A stretch of DNA of 64,000 bases from Monocercomonoides exilis PA203 (Eukaryota > Protista > Preaxostyla): contig LSRY02000003.1 of NCBI GenBank assembly GCA_001643675.2, forward strand, positions 2,232,001 through 2,296,000, given 5' to 3'. Each line of letters starts with the position of its first letter. Position 1 is the stretch's first letter. Made by a program: the position numbers and the translations under genes. Positions 28,414 to 41,692 of this stretch are shown piece by piece. The notes below the pieces were generated by a model. It did no database searches and was not told where the DNA came from. It saw only the letters and a list, made by a program, of their open reading frames with translations.

Positions 28414-29266
28414 TTTTCCTTCAAATTATTCTTTTTGATGAAAAGAAATTGCCTTGTGTTTTCTGCAATGAAAATGAAAATTAAAAAATTATAGAAATGA
28501 ATTTTTGAATCAATAATTAAAATTTCATTTTGTTTCATTTTCGCGTTTTCATCAAAAATCAATGATATCAAATTATCAGAAAATTTTTATTTCTGAGAAA
28601 ACTGAAAACACAAAATTCAACAAGAAATCGAAATAAACCAATCGCATATTAAATATTCGTTTTCTGGCTTGAACTCTGGATACTCGGAATTATGAAATTA
28701 TTTTTTCCCCCACTTATTTGTGAATAAATAACTTAAGAAGAATATAATGGTGAAAGTGAATTTAGGGATGGCTTTTTTGATTAATTATGAAAAATCTTTT
28801 CATTCACGACTTTGGTGTGAATATTTCCACTGTTTATCATTTAGCAAAATAATCTTTGAAATTCATAGAAACACTTCATCTGCGATATTTATCGTTATTT
28901 GATACTGTATTTGCATTGACCAATCAAGGATGATGTATTTTTTAATGAAAAAAAGATGATATTGTCAATTTTTCATTAAAACTTTTTTTTGTTGAATTTT
29001 ACAAAAAAAAAAACAAAAATCAATTTTTCAACAAATTTCTGTTCCCACTCACATTTCTTTTCTTAAAAGGAAATAATTACATTTCTTAGGTTCTGTTTCC
29101 ATTTTGGTGAAGTTTTATTAGTTGGAACAAAAATTTGATTTAAAAAATATGATTTTTATTTTATTTGATAATTAAACAAAAGGAAGTTTTCAAAAAAAAA
29201 TTTGCTATATGGTGCTTGCAAACAAAACAAAATATTTAAATGAATGTTTTGTTTTGTTTTTTGGTA

Positions 29267-29716
29267 CAGTCAAAACCGGATATAATCACGTCGAATATAA
29301 TCACATTCGTTTATTGTCACATTTCTCGATGCGCCGACATTTTTTGCTTGCTTTTCATTCATTTTTCATCGCATATAATCACAGAGCTAAATATATATAA
29401 TTACATTTCGTTTCATTATGGGTGGATTTTTCATTGAAAAATTTACTATTTGATCAAAAATCTCATTTTTTTGATTTCACGAAATAATGTTTAAATAAGT
29501 CTAAATAACATAATAAAACATAAAAAATTGTTATTTCGATTGAAAAATGTGTGGTTGTGTAGGATTAAAAAAAATGGAAAAATTTACCCAAAATAAATTA
29601 TTTCAAAAATTATTTTTCATTTTCTTCTGTGTAAAGCATCATCGTGTATAATCACAATCGGATATAGTCACAAAAAGTTGTGCAAAAACCGATGTGATTA
29701 TATCTGGTTTCGACTG
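29267..29716. mobile_element. ~450-bp non-autonomous Tc1/mariner-pogo-type MITE
   Basis: TIRs CAGTCAAAACCGGATATAATCAC ... GTGATTATATCTGGTTTCGACTG, each flanked by TA. The paralogous empty site at ~15300-15325 (revcomp ...tttggTAttgcatg) has a single TA. Confidence 0.88.
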
Positions 29717-31096
29717 TATTGCATAAAAAGAAAAGAAATGGAAAAACCTTCCAACTGTTTCGACAATGAATAAGACTTTAATTGTTTGAAATGCATATCA
29801 AAAAATAAAAGATTTATATTCTATTATTCATTGTTTCTTATGAAATGAGTCATTTCCATTGAGAGTGTCATCTTCATTTGATTTAATATCTCAAACATTT
29901 TTTTTCAATTTTTCAAAAGAAATTTCAATAGAGAATTTCAACTTTTTTCTTTCAAAATAAAAAAAAGGACAATATTGCAGTGGGATGTCATTATTTGTTT
30001 ATTTTTCAACCTTTGTTTGAAATATTTGTCACTTCAAACATTCGCATTTCCAGAATCAATGTCTGAAAAACAATTAAATGATAACACTGAAAAATTGATT
30101 ATTGTTATGATTTCAAAGATAATCACCCAATATTGAACTGTTGTTGTCAAGGACAGACAACCTTGATAATGGAGAATATCACTTTTCTCGTTCAGAATAT
30201 GAAAAAGATTTTGGTCTTCACAATGGATCATTTGAAGAAGAACACACAATATTTTTTTTCATCAAAAAGCTTCTCACAAGAACAAAAATAGTGATAATGA
30301 ATATTTGACACTGTGATAACATTCGATTGAAAAAGATGATTCAAAAAAGGTGATGATAAATATTTGTTGAATATTCATGAAATGATGACTGGGATGTTAA
30401 TAATTATTTTCCATTTTTTTATTCAGTTGAAAAGAATGATTTGGTGAAAATATCTTTGAATAAACTCACATATCAATCAAAACATCACTGGATTGTTTCG
30501 ACAGAAAATTGAGAATCCATCATTTTTGAGAATCCTTTGTTCATGGCTTTTCTGAAAAATGATTCCAATAATACAGAATTGAAAAGTGAATAAACGAAGA
30601 AATTATCGAAATCAGTGAAGTCCTTCAATCCCAAAAATTTTCATTCAAATTTACATATTTTCAATCAACAACAATGATTTTTTTAAAGGAAATATTTTTG
30701 AGTATCAAGTTATTGTCGAACTTGACTATTGATTCGTTTTTAAATCAAAAATTAATAATCATTTTTAAAAGTCAATTTTTCATTTCCTGGTTGCAAAATA
30801 GTAATTATTATTAAGGCATCTGAAGAACAAAACATAAGAAGTACTTTCTCTAATCAAATAGGTGTTTTCGATTGAAAAAATGATCTTTCAGAAAATAAAA
30901 CAGATGACAGCTTGACAATAAAGTTGGAAAAAATAAATGATTTTTCTAATTATTTGTTGGAATAGAAAAATTTCAATTCTAAAAAGATTTGACAAAAAGA
31001 GAAATAATTAATTATGAACACTTTCCAATAAAGACATTTAATTGAAAATAGTTTTGAAAAAAAATAATTGAAAATCTCAATACAATATACAAATAA

Positions 31097-32401
31097 ATGC
31101 TGAAAATATTCATTTTGATAAAATTTCATATTTTGAAGCAAATTCTCGATATTTTTCAATGGCAAAATTCAATCTCTTTCTCTCCATTCACTCCTCTCTC
31201 TTTCTTCTCTTCACTCAACAGCCCATCCACTTCTCTCTCTGCCTTCAATGTCTCTTTCCTCAAACAAATACGTTCTTCATCAAATGATCCTGTTGTACAT
31301 GTTGGAACTGAATCTCAAAGAGTGAAACCTGGAAGGTTGACTTCTTTTGATGAGAACAGCCATAAATTTGAGTGGTGCGAATGGAATGATTCAACTGGTG
31401 GAGAAAGTTATGGTGGCGCACTTTCTGTTTCTTGCATAAATGCAAGTCTCACGGTCACATCTTGCTCTTTTCACAATTGTTCAACTACTGGGGAAGCAGG
31501 AGCGTTATACTGTGGGCAACTATTGAATATTAACACTGCAAAATCAAACTTCACCAGCTGTTCAGCTGCTCATGGTGGAGCAGTAACTTCTTGGGGTCCT
31601 CAATCAAATTCTGTTTGGACGTTCTCAGAAAACAGAGTTGAAAGTTGTTCGATAACGTATTGGTGTGGAACTGGTTGGTATTTCTATATTGGTGCTTTTC
31701 CAGAAAACGGTAAATTCCTATTCACCAAATGCAAGTGCATCTCAAATTCTGGTGGTGATGCTGCTGGCTCTCTCACATTTCACTGGCCTCCAAATAACAA
31801 GCCCAACCTGTTTTCAATCGTTGAGTGTCAGTTCATCAATAATAAGTTAACTTCATCATCCACTTATGGCGGAGCCGGAATATACTTTGATGGAACTTAC
31901 TCTTGGATGAATGGAATAAAATTCATCACATTCTGTTTCTTCGATGGCAATACGGCTACAAATGGCAGAGGAAATGATGTGTTTTTCAATGGAAGCAGCA
32001 TCACCCAATCCCCATTTGAGAATTGTGGTTCAACAACTCCAACAAAAAGAGTGTATAATAATGGACAAGATGATAACGCTGTGTACAATGGCTGGCTCCC
32101 CCTCATTGCCCAGAACAAAATCGTTGCCAGCAATGGAACTGATGCTGATGCCTGTGGCAGACCCCAACAAACCCCATGTGCCACCATCGAGTATGCCCTC
32201 ACTGGCTTCATTTCCCTCCTCCAAGACGCCTCTCTCACCCTCCTTTCCTCAATATTTGTTCCAACTCAAACACTCACCTTCAGCGCGGTTTACACAAAAA
32301 CAACAGGAAATAATGACTTTTTTCTGATTTCTATATTATTCCTTCCATTTTCTTATTTTCACCATTTTCCATATCATAGAAAAATTCATAAGCTATCATA
32401 G
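31097..32401 (+). CDS. Beta-helix cassette c5
   Basis: Same family, 434-aa ORF. Homology begins near 'SLNSPSTS' (~31205). Confidence 0.75.
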   Translation: MLKIFILIKFHILKQILDIFQWQNSISFSPFTPLSFFSSLNSPSTSLSAFNVSFLKQIRSSSNDPVVHVGTESQRVKPGRLTSFDENSHKFEWCEWNDSTGGESYGGALSVSCINASLTVTSCSFHNCSTTGEAGALYCGQLLNINTAKSNFTSCSAAHGGAVTSWGPQSNSVWTFSENRVESCSITYWCGTGWYFYIGAFPENGKFLFTKCKCISNSGGDAAGSLTFHWPPNNKPNLFSIVECQFINNKLTSSSTYGGAGIYFDGTYSWMNGIKFITFCFFDGNTATNGRGNDVFFNGSSITQSPFENCGSTTPTKRVYNNGQDDNAVYNGWLPLIAQNKIVASNGTDADACGRPQQTPCATIEYALTGFISLLQDASLTLLSSIFVPTQTLTFSAVYTKTTGNNDFFLISILFLPFSYFHHFPYHRKIHKLS

Positions 32402-35400
32402 CTTTTTCAATTGGAGTATATATCATCATTATTTTTTTCAGAAATCCATACCATCAACAAGACAAAAATATTTCTTCGTCATTACCTCATCTAATTTTTC
32501 TTCTCCATCAACTACAAATTAAGCTCATGAAAAAAGATTCATTGCTGTCGTATCTTCAAAATACATTTCTTCAAGCATATCAACAATCTCTTCAAAAATA
32601 TCTGTTTCTTTTATCACTCCAATTTCTCCTTTTTTGAGCGCTGCAGACGCACTTATTTCATAGAATTATCCTTCGATTATTGATTTTCCTAAAACAACCG
32701 CTTTCTCTCTTTGTTTCATCTTCTGCGATTTGTTGAAGGAGCATGACGTTGTGAAATCTGCCGAAGGCCATTTTGGAACCCATCCATTTCATAAAAGGAT
32801 TTCTCCAATTCTTTTTCTTTTTCACCTGTGTATCCTTCATTCACTGAAAGAAGGGGGAAAGCATCCTCCTTTTTTATTTCACGCTGCTAATAGACTATTC
32901 TTGTTTAATTAAGTATCTTTTCTATTTTTATTAACTTCAGCTGACATTATGCGTTGTAATAAGTAATTCTTTGTGTCTTTCCAAATAGCAACAATAGATG
33001 AGATCTGGCCCTGAATTTAACTAAAGTTAAATGAAATGAAAAAAACAGTATCATTTTTGTTGTTCATTGAAGAAGGCATTGAAGAATAAATGGATGAACA
33101 CAATTGTTGAAATGAAGATAGATGCTGTGTGAATGTGCGAATTATTGAGGAAGAACGAAGATGAAGTTGAAGTCAAAGAAGACGAAGAAGACGAAGAAGC
33201 AAAATTTGAATGAAGAAGATTTTGTGTGTTTTTGGTTAGCGATTCATAACAGGCATGCTTGTCGATGAATAAACAGGTGAATTGTGAGTAGGCGAATTTT
33301 GTGTTTGCAAATAGAGAAATGAGGAAGATGGTTGATTGAATGAAGGAGTATTATCAGAAGAAGATGGAGAAGAAGATGATGATTCCACGATGACCACGAA
33401 GATGAAGTTCAAGTCGAAAAAATGTGAATATATGTGGTAATAGGGAAATGCGCAATCAGTCAATTGACATTCCTAAAGAAGACGTTGAGATTAATTTGGG
33501 TGAAGTCGTTGATTGGGCCAAATATCGAATTCAATAAGTTGATTTGACAAAGAGCAAACAATCGTTATCGAAATATTTGTTGAAGGCCGAAGAAAATTGG
33601 TTGATGAAAGATGACATCCTCAGTTCGTTTCTGCCTTTTTGAAATTGTTCTGCACTTCACTGAGAAACAAAAAATGAAAATATTTCTTAATTTCCTTTCC
33701 TTTCCATTCCCCTCTTCCATTCAGCTCACAAAATTCTCTGAAAAATATCAATCCCCTCCTTTTCTTCATCTTTCCCATTTTCTTCCATAAAATCTTCTCC
33801 TCTCATAAAAAAATACCCCTCTTCCATTTGAGCATTTCTCATTTTCCTTCTTCTTTCCCGCCTTTGCCCTCTTTTCTTTCTCTTCAAAATCCATTTCTCC
33901 CATCAACAATCAGTCCTCTTTCATCATCCCCAGTCACTTCTCTATATGTTTTCTCCATTTTCTTCTCCAAATCTCCACCCGCTCTTCCCCACCCCTTTGT
34001 CTCAGAATTTCAATCAATCAAAAACCCCTCTTGAAGCATTAACATTCTCAAAAATATACTCAACCCCCACCTTCTCTCACAAATAATCCTCTTCCATCAC
34101 TTGTATACGCCTTATCCCTCATGTGCCTGGTGTTGATGAAATAAACGTGATATACTTCTTTGGGTGGTTGAGAATATTATTAAAGGAGAGGATCATGAGA
34201 AAAACAAAAAAAACACATCCTGACAGGCAACGCAATGTGTACGGGCTGAAAAGACCCTTCAGTGAGATATACGATATATTTTGTGGAGATGCATTCAGTG
34301 TTGCATTTTGACCATTCTGAGACTGAAATAAAGAGATTGATTTATTTTTTGAATGATGATGGCTGTGGAGATATGCATTCTGGCAAAATACAGTCGAAGA
34401 GCGGTTTGGTATTTATTTATTTTTCTTTATATGAATATTTATCTGTTGAATGTTTTTGTGTTTCTTTCAGGGCAGGAGGCGGAAATGAATGAAAATGAAT
34501 GAAAGCGGGATATTTCGTTGTGCAGGGTGACCATCGAGTTGAGCCAGCAAATTCATATGGAAAGTTGCCAGGATGAAGGGATTGGGAAGGGAATTGGAGA
34601 TGATATTTTCAGACGAAAAACAGGATATTTTTCAATGATGAGGGTGGAATTTGAGCAGAATACATGAATTTCACATTTTTCAGAAGAGCAAGAAATCGAT
34701 GCATTTGATGGAGAAACAACTGACGGAAAGGATGGTAGGAGAATCAGATGATGAAATACTCGAAAACGGAAGGAATTATAAAATTGAATTGGAGGAAAAC
34801 AGATACCAACTGAATAAAATATAGGCATTGGCTTAAAAATATGTTTAGAAGGTTTGATATTGTTATTTTTTTTGAAGTGATTATAATTTTGTTTTATTTT
34901 TGATGCTGAAAGAATGAGGAATTAGATGGCTTTGAAGGAAAAGAAGAAAAGCAGGAAAGGAAAAATACAGACGGACAGATGAAATTCAAGATATTTCGAA
35001 GATGCCTGGCGTTGGGCTTTGGCGAAGAATTATTTTTGAGGAAAGAAGGGAAGCGAAAAATTGAAAGAAATGGAATGAAAAAGGGATCGCTCAATATTTC
35101 ATATTTTTTTTGTTGGAGAGAGAGAAAGAGGATTGAGCTGAAAGTGAAAAAGGATTTGGAGGATCTTATTTGCCAGAAGAAAAAGAAACAGAAGAAGAGA
35201 ATTTCAATGAATTTCTCCGTTGATATTTATTGGCTCTCATCTTCTCAATTTTCAACAATTAATCGTCTTATTCAATCCATTCATCATCATCATTACCATC
35301 TTCTTCTTCTTCCTCTTCTTCAAACACATCAACAACATTTCACACAGCATCTCCTTCATTATCTTCATCCTCATTATCTGATTGAATTTCTTCGAATTCT

Positions 35401-35752
35401 GCGTTGAAATCAGAGATCGTGAATGAAATGAAGAAGAAGAAGAAAATTTGCAGCTGAAGGAAATATTCACAAATTAAAATGAGAAAAAGAAGAATGAAAG
35501 AAGAGGAGAAAGAGAAAGAGAAAGCGAGTGAAGAGATTATTTTGAGAGGGGATTCAGAAAGAAAATGGAATTGAGAAGATGGAAGATATTTTTTGAATGA
35601 ATTAAAGAATGATAGGGAAGAGGAGAGAAGAAATAGCAACTTACACAAAGAAATGTATTTGGATAAGAAAAGGAAGATGCTTTAGAAGAGAAAAAATTGA
35701 AAAGCAGAACAACAAAGAAGGCAAATCGATGAATTACAAGAGAAATCAAAAG

Positions 35753-36928
35753 TTATGAAAAGAGAGAGAAAAGAAGGAAAGAGACGAGAGGAGATGATAA
35801 AGAAAGCAAAAATGAGAGATGGAAGCAGGAAAAGCATTTCATTGGAGAATTTGGAAAGAAAAGCCTAAACCTGTAGTTTTTATCGGTGAAGTCAGCTGTT
35901 CCTTGATTCCACACTCTTTGTGTTAGAGTTGTTGAACCACAATTCTCAAATGGAGATTGAGCTATGGAATTACCATTAAAGAACACATCGTTTCCTCTTC
36001 CAATTGTGGCGGAACTGCCATCGAAGAAACAGAATGTGATGAATTTGAACCCGCTCATCCAATCATATGTTCTGGTGCAATGAATACCAGCACCACCATA
36101 GGAAGTTGAAGTGCTTGTCAATTTATTGTTTATAAACTGACAATCATTAATTAAAAATATACTTGGTTTGTTTCCTGGAGGGTAATGAAATGTGAGAGAA
36201 CCAGCAGAATCTCCTCCAGAGTTTGAGATGCACTTGCATTTGGAAAACAAGAATTGGCTTGCTGAGGTCATATTATACACATGAAAATACCAGCCAGTTC
36301 CAACAGTACCATTTATTTTACAACCTTCAACTCTATTATCTGAGAATGAATACACAGAAGATGATTTTTGACCATCAATACAAATTGCACCTCCGCGAGT
36401 AGCAGAACAGTTTGAAAAATTGGACTTAACGATGTTCACATTTGACAAATATATACTGTATAATGCTCCACCAGCATAATCGCCTGTGATCGAACATTTG
36501 TTGAATGAACAAGAAGTGATGGTGAGGTTGGCATTTGTGCAGTTGACTTTAAGAGCACCACCATAATCATTTTGTCCATTTGAATCATTCCATTCACACC
36601 ACTCAAAGATATAGCTGTTCAAAGCAGTGAAGGACAATCTGCTTAATTTCTCTTGTTGAGATTCAGATCCAATATATTTCACAGGATCATTTGATGAAGA
36701 GCGTGTTTGGCGAAGGAAAGAGGTGTTGAAGGCAGAGATGGAAGTGGAAGGGCTGTTGAGGTTGGGGAGAATGGCACCATCGATGGGGTTGTGAGAGCAT
36801 TGGGAGAGTGAGAGAAAGTTGCAAAAAGGATGGAGAAAAGGATATAGAAGAAGAAGAAAAGGAATGCAAGATAATAATCTTCCGCGCTTCATAAAGTGCA
36901 CTTTTGCAGTTATTTTTGTGTTAGACAA
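35753..36928 (-). pseudogene. Beta-helix cassette c6 (short 3' class)
   Basis: Same family from HNPIDGAILPNL to RVWNQGTAD, then reads into unrelated flank. Confidence 0.72.
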
Positions 36929-37913
36929 TGAAATTTATCAGAGCTTTTCAATTTCCCTTTGTGGTGTTATTTAACCAAATTATAAACGTATCTTATGTGT
37001 CTTCTTCAAAATAGACACAAAAATATTTGCGAAACAATCATTCAACTCACAAATTCAGTTTTTGATTTTTGTCTTTAAAGCTCAATTTGATGATGTTTTG
37101 TTGCAATTCCATTTAAAAGCAAAAGAGAAAAACCGTTGTAAAAAATGATATTTTTTTAAAAAAAAAAATAACTCTCTATGCCAATAAGAAATTTTGAACG
37201 AAGAAAAAACTGAAAATACACTTCCTGCAATTTTTCAGGATGGATTTCTGGTTTGATTTGTATTCAAAAACTCCATTAATAATTAGCCAACTTTATTTGT
37301 GTTTAACCCACTTAACCTATCAAAGCCAGTTTATTAGATCAGAAAATTTTTATTCATATTTCATTAATGAAATGAAATTCTTTTCTTATTTTCAATAAAA
37401 AAGTTTTCATGAAAACGCAAAGAATTTAAAAGCATTATTATTCCCAAATGTTTCTATTCAGTTCTCTTTGTATTTTTATTATAAAATCACAACATATTCA
37501 TTAAACAATGATCATTAAAATGATGAAACATTAGAAATTAGGACGAGGTATTGACTAAAATATCTGCAGTCATAAGCAAAATCCTCCGAAATGAAGAAAA
37601 CCCTTCAATGATATAATTCAAAAAATAAAAATTAAAAAGTTGGATGGAATATAAAAAAATAAAATAAAATAAAAATCTGCTCGATTTTCCAATAAACTCA
37701 ACACGTGAATGTGATATCTTTCAAACTGCGTTATAAATGCAACACTAAACAGAAAAAAGTATTGTTGACAACTAACATTAAATTACATTTAAAAAATTTA
37801 TATATAAAATCAAAACAACAATACCTATAAAACTCCGAAAATGATATGTCCCACACATCATTTTCATTAAAAATATCACAAATTACAATTTCATTCCTCT
37901 CCCCTCTCTTCGA

Positions 37914-39449
37914 CTAGTACACCGACTTCCCCAACTCCACACTCTCCGGCAGTTTAATCTCCGCCTCTGAACTTGCCATCTGGTTCGTCTGCATTTTGCT
38001 CGGCTGATAAAGGGCAGGCTGTGCAGCAGCTGTTGCGGCATAGCCCTGATAGGCATACGCATTCTTGTCGTATCCCCCACCCACCGCCGGCTGACCCATC
38101 ATCGGAGCCAGGCTCGCCCCGACAAACGCGCTGTTCCTCTTCCTGCGGCGGGTGACGATGCAGATGACAGTAACGACAGTCACAACGGACAGCGCAAGCA
38201 GCACAACCACAACGACAATGGCAATGATGCCGCCAGGTGTCAGCCTGTGCCTGTTGTCTGACGAGCGTTTTCGGAAGAGCAGATCGTCCATGTCGACGAC
38301 AAACGGGCGGGACTGCTTGTATGCTTTGCTCGTAGCAGGATACTCAAAAGTGGCATTGAACCTCGCTGGGAAGTCGTTTTCATGTATTTCAACTCGAACA
38401 TAACTCGAATTGACAGGCGTGATGGCAAGCTTCCGGAGCTCGTTGTCCGTCCCGTTTGCACAGAACATCAGCTCGCATGGCAGATAATGCAAAACAAATA
38501 TCGTCAGTGAGTAAATGTCTCCGCTAACAAATTCCGCACTCGAAACGGATTTGATAACCGGAGTGAAAAACGGTTCGCGATCTTCCGTGAGCGACGTTCC
38601 AGCCGCGCGGCATTTTCTCAGGTCAAAGAAATTTCCCTTTTCGTCGCTTCCAAATTTTTCATAAGTACCACTTGCATTGACGAGGCCATCTCCAATGCAC
38701 GTCAGAGGTCTTCTTGAATTATACACACTTTCAACTATTGACGAAGAAAACTCTACGTTACTCAGTTTAAGTGTGCCTTGATTCATGAACAAAGCCCCCA
38801 AAGTGCTTGATATGTCCGAATCATGTATTTCCGTTGTACAGTTATTTAGCTCGAAACAGGCATGATTCCAATTACAAACTTCTGTATCTTTCAAATGTTT
38901 TTTGTCGTAATTTGAAAGATCTGTGAAATGAACGTTTCGAATGGTAACGTTTGAAGTATCTGCAGTTATGACCTGATGAGCTTCGCTCATTTTTTCCCCT
39001 GGTTCAAGGTAATTTGCATAAAATATTGGACATTTAAGTGAAACTGATGAATTTTTCAAAATAAAGGCAATGGGAAAGCTATCAATTTTCCATATTAATG
39101 TAATGTTTATATATTCCAACGAAAGTTTTGCGTTTTCAACTTTGAAAAAATACTCACCTTTGTCATTCTCCAAACAGCAGTTTTGATCAGTTTCTTTTGA
39201 ATTGAAGACAGTTACCTCACCTTTAAGAATGTCCATTTTATCAATATAATAAGTGAATGGCTCTAAAGATATGTTACGCTTCAAATCATTGCTGGTTTTC
39301 TTTATCAAATACTGCAACTCAAGACATGGCTTTTCTTTTGTTCCGCAATCTTCGCTATTCACACCCTTTTTGTAGTGCACATAATACGTTACCGTATCGT
39401 CATCACTTAGGATAAATTCAACAACTAAACACAATTTCAAAAGCCACAT
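37914..39449 (-). CDS. Type I single-pass membrane protein with beta-helix-like ectodomain
   Basis: Intronless 511-aa ORF. N-terminal signal-like segment (MWLLKLCLVVEFILS); 'YYV..G.NSEDCGTKEKPC' cap motif; TM 'GGIIAIVVVVVLLALSVVTVVTVICIV' followed by RRRKR stop-transfer; Tyr-containing cytoplasmic tail. Confidence 0.8.
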   Translation of the reverse strand: MWLLKLCLVVEFILSDDDTVTYYVHYKKGVNSEDCGTKEKPCLELQYLIKKTSNDLKRNISLEPFTYYIDKMDILKGEVTVFNSKETDQNCCLENDKGEYFFKVENAKLSLEYINITLIWKIDSFPIAFILKNSSVSLKCPIFYANYLEPGEKMSEAHQVITADTSNVTIRNVHFTDLSNYDKKHLKDTEVCNWNHACFELNNCTTEIHDSDISSTLGALFMNQGTLKLSNVEFSSSIVESVYNSRRPLTCIGDGLVNASGTYEKFGSDEKGNFFDLRKCRAAGTSLTEDREPFFTPVIKSVSSAEFVSGDIYSLTIFVLHYLPCELMFCANGTDNELRKLAITPVNSSYVRVEIHENDFPARFNATFEYPATSKAYKQSRPFVVDMDDLLFRKRSSDNRHRLTPGGIIAIVVVVVLLALSVVTVVTVICIVTRRRKRNSAFVGASLAPMMGQPAVGGGYDKNAYAYQGYAATAAAQPALYQPSKMQTNQMASSEAEIKLPESVELGKSVY

Positions 39450-41692
39450 TCAAAAAAATGATCAAAACTCCACAATTATCTTACACTAATTTATTATAAT
39501 GGTAAATTTGATTTAAAAAATTGTTAAAAATTGTTCTTTATTTTTATAAATAAATGATTCATTTTTGCATTTCTGGTAAAAATTAAAACAAGAAATTATA
39601 TTTGTCTCTTCTATCAGTTGCACATCTTTCTGTCAAAAAAAAATTAGAAAATAATTAAGTTAAGTGGTTAAAAAATTTCTATCATAAAATGAGTTAAATC
39701 TTATTTTTTGTTTTCCGCAAATAGGTGATTATTTGTGAAATTATCGCTCCATTTATAAGACTGATTTTGTTCACTGGCATTAATATATATTGAAATTCGA
39801 AAAAATACATTTCTTTTTCTAAAGAGATAATATTTTTTTGTGATACGAATAAATAACTTATCCTTCTTCCTTCAAATTCCCTGAATTTTTATCTCATCAA
39901 AAAACTGTGCTTTCAATTTTTGAAAAATGAAGATTTTTCAAGTGAAAATATTTCTCATTATTTTTTCATAATTTCGATTTTTTGTTTCTTCATAAATGAA
40001 AGAAATTCATTTTCCCATAAAAATTTGATGTTATTCTGAACGAAGCAAAAATCCATCAGGTTATATATATTGCAACTTATTTCGAAGAATTATTTTTTTT
40101 TTTTGAATGACGATTTCAAAAAAAGTTAAAAATAATTTTCAAAATCGATTTGCATTCTATTTCGATCAAATAAACAATTTCGTTTGAAAGATTTTATGAA
40201 ATAGGTCGTACGAAATTTTGCTATATTTCGAAATCAATTAACAAGAATAGAATCAAAATTTGGGGCTATATATGTCTCAATTTTTTTGAAAAGTTCATTT
40301 TGTTAAATTTTCAAATAAAATAAAAATTTCAAATTTCAATCAAATTTCAGTTCACAATTATGAAATTTCCTGAAATTAGATATAAAAACAATGTCTTGAT
40401 TTTGTTTTTATATCAGCAAAATTTGGTGAGTGTGAACAGAAATTAGATTAAAATATGATATTTTTATTTTCTATGATAATTAAACAAAATGAACTTTTAA
40501 AAAAAATTTTGACATATTCTGTTTTAGGTATTTTCATTGAAAAATTATGCACTTTTCATTGACTTTTTGAGTTCAAAAAAACACAATAAAAATGTGTCCA
40601 TTTTTTGAAATTCGTGAAATGCTGGAAAATTTGAAGTTATGATTTCAACAATGCCTGTTTACGGAAATGAAAATCAAATAAATTTTTAAATCTGGCAAAG
40701 TGCAAAAATGTTATAAGAAAAACATTTTTTGCTTGCTTTGTGCATAAAAAGCTCCAAAGTCCGTATTTTCCCCCATTTGTTGAATCAAAAGTATGAAAAT
40801 TTATTTTTATAACTATATTTTTGTTCATTTTATCTTTGTATTTTCAAGAATTAAACAAGCACAAAAGTTGATAAATTTACAAAGAAATTATCAAAATAGT
40901 TTTTTATTCTGATATATCCTGATAATATTCAGTGTTCAATAATTGTCAGAAAACTGCATTGATTTGACACCCGTTTTCAAATTTCACATATTTAAAACAT
41001 GATGTAATTGTTGAATTATTGATTCATGAAATTTTCTGAAAGTTTGATATTTAAAAAATTTTGAAAAATTCAAATTTATTTTCCCCATATTTTTATCAAG
41101 CTTATGAAACGAAAGAAACAATAAACTGAACAAATAGTTTCCAAAAGAAGAATAATCCAATAAAATTTCATGTTATGATAGATATTGCATTTCAATTTCA
41201 AATGAACTGCTAATTTCATTTATTTCTGTAGAAAATAATTTTTATTTAATTTTTATTTTTATTTTAATTTTAATTTTTATTTTATTTTTGTTTCTTTTCA
41301 TCAAATAATACTGATAATAAGTGTCTGAAGTGATATAACAAAAAATAACCATTCTCTTATCTAATATAAAATTTTCAATGAACAAATGATTATTCAGAAA
41401 ATAAAACTGAAGGTATTTTGATGATTGGGAGAAGTATAAAACAATGATTTTTCGATTCTTTGTTGGAATAAAAAGAATTTCAATTCTAAAAAGATTTGAG
41501 AAAAAGAGAAACAAAAAGAAATTCATATTTGCCATCATATAAATTATATTGAAAATTGTTTGTGAAAAAATAATTGAAAATCTCAACACTATATGCAAAT
41601 TAATGTTAAAATTATTTATTTTTAATAATTTAATGAATTTTAAATAAATAATTGTTATTTTTTGATTTTAACATTCTTTCTTCACATCTCTA

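Larger units (their letters stand above)
26220..36800 (+). repeat. Segmental duplication unit 2 (c4, inverted spacer, c5, flank, c6)
   Basis: Direct flank homology to unit 1. The spacer is inverted: identical 71-aa translations at 14782-14997(+) and 30034-30249(-). Confidence 0.8.
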
